Source: Pseudogymnoascus verrucosus
Taxonomy: Eukaryota
Strand: one strand, 5' to 3'
Assembly: GCA_001662655.1 (NCBI GenBank)
Contig: KV460242.1
Length of the DNA: 64,000 nt
The position numbers and the translations under genes are program-made. The notes beneath the pieces were generated by a model, which was given only the letters and a program-made list of their open reading frames with translations, did not search any database and was not told where the DNA came from. This document shows, piece after piece, positions 59,147 through 64,000 of this stretch (within the stretch, counting starts at the first letter, position 1; each line of letters starts with the position of its first letter).

Positions 59147-62100
59147 ATGTATCGCCCAAATACACCTCCAAACTTCGATCCTCCATCATACGGTGATGAT
59201 GAGAGTTCAACACCAACACACATGTCGAACGATGCGTCCGCCATCCGCCTGTTGACATCAATGGACGACTCCAATTCCTCGAACGCGCGCATGTATGTAC
59301 AGGATCCTGATTTACTACCCCGTCCTCTCGCGGTGCACAAGAAGTCTGTGCAGTTCTCCACGCCAGAACACATTTCTGCCCTCCGTGGCGAAGAAGAAGC
59401 TATCTCGAGCGGCAAGTTGCCAGCTGCGGTGACCAAGCAAGCGCCGCCGAAGCCTCCACAAGATGATCACTTCGTGAACCTCCTCCCCAGACTCCCTGAT
59501 GGACCCTCGCGCAGGAAGTCGCTGCGGAGCCAAGTCAAAGCCCATCTGGCTGCTAACGGTGAGAAGAAGAATGAAAGCTTACCTGTCTATAGTCCCAATA
59601 CCCCGCGCAGATCATACCAGCCTACCGTCATGTCGACGAGCTCGCGCTCTAATTCCATCGTTGATGGAGCGCCAATATTACCACCGGAGAGCTCATACGA
59701 CCCATACACCGGGAGACAGTCGCCGACGCGGTCGTGGACTCCATCCCAAACAGCGTCTGAGAGAGGCAGGCCTCCGTCCATAGCTCAGTATGAGCCGGCG
59801 GATGTGAACGGCTCTCCAAGACCAGGCACACCTTCGTCGAGATACGGCGGAAGCCCGAGGAGACCACTCCCCCCCGCACCACTCTTCTCTGGACCAGGTG
59901 CTGGTGCGCGGAGCTCCACATTCGCAGACGACGCGACTGTTTCAATCGCGTTAGAAACGGAAGGAGATGATGTTTTTGCCCCACAAAGTACTCTTGGGAC
60001 TGACCATGTCCGATCCCAATCTCGCGAGTCCTACACATCAGAGTCGACATTCACCGAGGAGTACGATAATGAGAAGTCCGACTTTGAGCACTACGGGCCT
60101 GCGCCAGATGGGCGACAGGAGCGCCGAGGTGCGCGCCAGGCACAGATGGCCAAGAAGGAGGTGCGCCTCATCAACGGCGAGCTTATCCTTGAATGCAAGA
60201 TCCCCACCATCTTGTACAGTTTCCTCCCCCGCCGCGATGAGATTGAGTTCACGCACATGAGGTACACAGCCGTGACCTGCGATCCTGATGACTTCGTGTC
60301 TAAGGGCTACAAGTTGCGCCAGAACATTGGCTCGACGGCCAGGGAAACAGAGCTCTTTATCTGTGTCACCATGTACAACGAGGACGAGATCAACTTCACG
60401 CGCACGATGCACGCCGTGATGAAGAACATTGCCCATTTCTGCTCGCGCTCTAAGTCGCGCACGTGGGGCGAGAACGGGTGGCAGAAGATTGTCGTGTGTA
60501 TCGTCTCTGATGGCCGGCAAAAGATCCATCCGCGTACGCTCGATGCGCTCGCGGCGATGGGTGTGTACCAGGACGGCATTGCGAAGAACCTTGTCAACCA
60601 GAAGGAGGTGCAAGCGCACGTGTACGAGTATACTACCCAAGTCTCGCTGGACTCGGATCTGAAGTTCAAGGGTGCGGAGAAGGGAATCGTGCCTGTGCAG
60701 ATGCTTTTCTGTCTCAAGGAGAAGAACGCCAAGAAGCTGAACTCTCATCGTTGGTTCTTCAATGCCTTTGGTCGCGCTCTGACGCCGAATATCTGCATCC
60801 TGCTTGATGTGGGTACGAAGCCGACGGGGAACTCGCTATACCATCTGTGGAAGGCCTTTGACACCGACTCGAACGTCGCAGGTGCTTGTGGTGAGATTGT
60901 GGCAATGAAGGGGAAGGGCTGGCTCGGATTACTGAACCCGCTGGTTGCGTCGCAGAATTTTGAGTACAAGATGTCTAATATCTTGGATAAGCCGCTAGAG
61001 TCGGTGTTTGGATACATTACTGTCCTGCCTGGTGCTCTCAGTGCGTATCGTTACCACGCTCTGCAAAATGATCATACTGGTCACGGCCCGCTGAGTCAGT
61101 ACTTCAAGGGTGAGACTCTGCATGGCCAGAATGCCGATGTGTTTACGGCCAATATGTATCTTGCCGAGGATCGTATTCTGTGCTGGGAGCTTGTCGCGAA
61201 ACGAGATGAGAGATGGGTGTTGAAGTATGTGAAGAACTGTAAGGGAGAGACTGATGTGCCTGGTAAGTTTTCTCTATCCCTCCCGCCGGACATATGGCTA
61301 ATAAATCCTCAGACACTGTCCCTGAGTTTGTCTCGCAGCGTCGTCGTTGGCTCAATGGAGCCTTCTTCGCTGCCGTCTACTCTCTGGTGCATTTCAAGCA
61401 GATCTGGAACACAGACCACACCATCGCACGGAAGATCCTCCTCCACATTGAATTCGTGTACCAGCTGCTCAGTCTGCTCTTCACTTTCTTCTCCCTGGCG
61501 AACTTCTACCTCACCTTCTACTTTGTTGCTGGCTCGCTCGCGGATCCCAAAATCGATCCATTTGGCCATAACATTGGGAAGTACATCTTCTACATCCTGA
61601 AATATGTCTGCGTGCTGCTCATCTGCACACAATTCATCCTCTCCATGGGCAACCGGCCGCAGGGCGCGAAAAAGCTGTACCTTTCCAGTATGGTCATCTA
61701 CGCAATTATCATGGTATACACCACCTTTGCGACGATCTACATCGTCGTAAGGCAGTTCACCAGCAACACCATAACTCTCGGGAACAACATCTTCACCAAC
61801 GTCGCCGTGTCCATCGCCTCGACGCTCGGGCTGTACTTCTTCTCCTCCTTCCTCTACCTTGACCCATGGCACATGTTCACCTCCGCCGCGCAGTACTTCG
61901 CCCTCCTGCCCAGCTACATCTGCACCCTCCAGATCTACGCTTTCTGCAACACCCACGACATCTCCTGGGGAACCAAGGGTGACAACACCGTCCGCACCGA
62001 CCTCGGCACAGCCGTCTCCAAACACAAAGGATCTACCGTCGAACTCGACATGCCTAGCGAGCAGCTCGACATCGACTCTGGCTACGACGAGGCCCTGCGC

Positions 62101-62556
62101 AACCTCCGCGATCGCATCGAGGTTCCCGAGGTCGGACCCTCGGAGGAGACCGCACAGGAGGACTACTACCGCGCCGTGCGCACGTACATGGTCGTCTCGT
62201 GGATGGTGGCGAATGCCATCCTGGCCATGGCGGTGTCGGAGGCGTACCAGGGCAAGAACATCGGGAGCAACTCGTACCTAAAGTTTCTGCTTTGGTCTGT
62301 AGCGGCTATCGCGCTGTTCCGCGCGGTGGGCAGCACGACGTTCCGCATCATTGAGCTGGTGGGTATGCTTATTGACGGGAAGGCGAAGTGGGAGAGCGGG
62401 AGCTATAGGTGGGGGGGTAGCTCGGCGGCGGGGAGCACGGTGCTTAGCTCTAAGGCTAGGGGGGGTGGGTTTTGGTCGAAGTTTGGATTTGGGAGTGTTA
62501 AGGATAAGATTAGTGATATCTCGAGTAGTATCGGGAGTAGTGTTTCGAGGAAGTGA
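59147..62556 (+). CDS. Chitin synthase, division 1, probably class II (intron 61263-61312)
   Basis: [66 protein letters not shown]. Confidence 0.96.
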
Positions 62557-63276
62557 GCGAACAGGGTTTGCGGAGGGGTTAATTGGCGATTTGATGGGGT
62601 GGTGTGGAATTTACGGATGGGCAGGGGGGTAGGATATTGGATGGGTTTATGATCTGGGATATGTCTGGTTTTCGGGGTTGGCGTTGGGGGATTTGTGTAT
62701 TATGGTGTAGACTGCTTTGTTTTATATCTGGTTATGAAATGGAGGGGATTGGGGACGAATGAAAGTTTTCGTTAAACGATCAACGGCTTTTTTTGAACAC
62801 GTACCATCAGCCCTAAAGCTGCAACTTGCCAATCGCCGACTCTCAATTGTTACCCGTTGGCTTTACACCAGTTATAACTCTCGAAGTCAGCACAGGTATG
62901 TTTTAAGGAAGCTTGGCAATTGCTATTATCAACCAAGGAGGGGACAAAAGTGTGGGGTACCGCGGCCCTGCGATTACAAATTTTGATCTTCCCGCTCGTA
63001 TCTTTGCCCTATGGCGGCGGGTAGCGGGGTAGATGGAGCTTGCTTTGTCAGGAACGGAGGGTATTGACCGATCTCACTTTCGTAAAACCCGGTGGTGACG
63101 GAGTTGGTTGGAGTTTAGTTGATATGTTGTGTTTGGCCGGTCAGCACTAGTGGTGTATATTATGGACAGATGCCCGCCCCAAAGTGAAGCCAGAGACATA
63201 TCTATTCCTCAAGCCACGAGAATAATTACCAGAAAATTGAACTTTTTATAACGACATCAGCCCACCAATATTCACC

Positions 63277-63878
63277 ATGACTTCCCTCTACGATCAATCC
63301 ATCCCGGTGCTAATCAAGTACCTCAACAACGTCTCTGTAGTCCTCGACAAGTCCATCGCCTATGCAGACGAGAAGGGCATTGCTCACGAGGAGCTCCTCA
63401 CTGCTCGCCTGAGAGATGACATGAGGCCGTAAGTCTAGCTGTCATTCCGTTTCGTAAATTCCTGTGCCATGCCTGGATTGTGCCTAATCTTACAACTCGA
63501 AATAGCCTTCCTTACCAGATCCAGTCCATGTCCAACACCGCTAAGTTCCTCTGCGTTCGCGCCTTCGGAATTGAGAATATTGTCCTAGAGGACAACGAGG
63601 CAACCTTCCCCGAGCTCCGCGCCCGAATTGCCAAGACGATCGAGATCCTCCAATCCGTGGACCCGGCGAAGATCGATGCCAAGAAGGCCGTCGAGGAGCC
63701 TATTATCATGGAGACGAAGATGGGCAACTTCAGGTTTGAGAGCGGGCAGGCGTATCTCAGCGAATATGCCATCCCGAACTTTCACTTCCATTTCTCGACG
63801 GCATACTGCATTTTGAGGAGCCTTGGTGTGCCATTGGGTGCTATGGATTATCTTAGCGGTGTCTTCCACAAGGTTTAG
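63277..63878 (+). CDS. DUF1993 family protein (intron 63429-63505)
   Basis: MTSLYDQSIP..LLTARLRDDMRP|LPYQIQ..EDNEATFPELRARIAKT..YAIPNFHFHFSTAYCILRSLGVPLGAMDYL. Confidence 0.9.
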
Positions 63879-64000
63879 ATTTCAAACTTTAGGTTAGGAA
63901 AATGCATATCATGCACAGCGTCATGATTGTGGCTGTTGAGAATCAAAAGAATTAAACTCTTGTTGTCCTCTATTAATAAAAGGCTGTAATTTATAGCTGG

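Noticed and set aside
56296..62025. Long antisense ORFs opposite MSB2 and chitin synthase (also opposite BBC1)
   Set aside because: They are codon-bias shadows of GC-rich sense genes.
1..64000. tRNA, 5S rRNA, CRISPR array or Starship captain (DUF3435)
   Set aside because: None was recognised by eye; tRNAscan-SE, Infernal and HMM searches would be needed to exclude them formally.

Overview
Filamentous ascomycete (Pezizomycotina) genomic DNA, judged from GT-AG introns with CTAAC branch points and strong RIP (C>T) damage. It has two compartments. Bases 1 to about 36.5 kb are accessory and repeat-rich: two nested, RIP-damaged copies of an element whose first gene is a DUF3505/telomere-linked-helicase-type ORF, inserted into a NACHT-ankyrin (NLR-like) gene; a patchwork of orphan gene fragments; a 271-bp hairpin; an intact AA9 LPMO with an atypical copper site; an 11-kb RIP block of two pogo/Fot1 transposons, a full-length chromovirus with an antisense Zn2Cys6-like ORF and a solo LTR; then GH27, GH55 (three Cys-rich repeats) and F-box genes. 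From about 36.9 kb to the end the region is core-like: BBC1, RTR1, RPS17, MRP51, a GH47 mannosidase, a RIB2-like deaminase, MSB2, a chitin synthase and a DUF1993 gene. I recognised no tRNA, rRNA or CRISPR array. All family calls come from reading motifs by eye, not from database searches, and 'de-RIPed' translations are my manual reconstructions.
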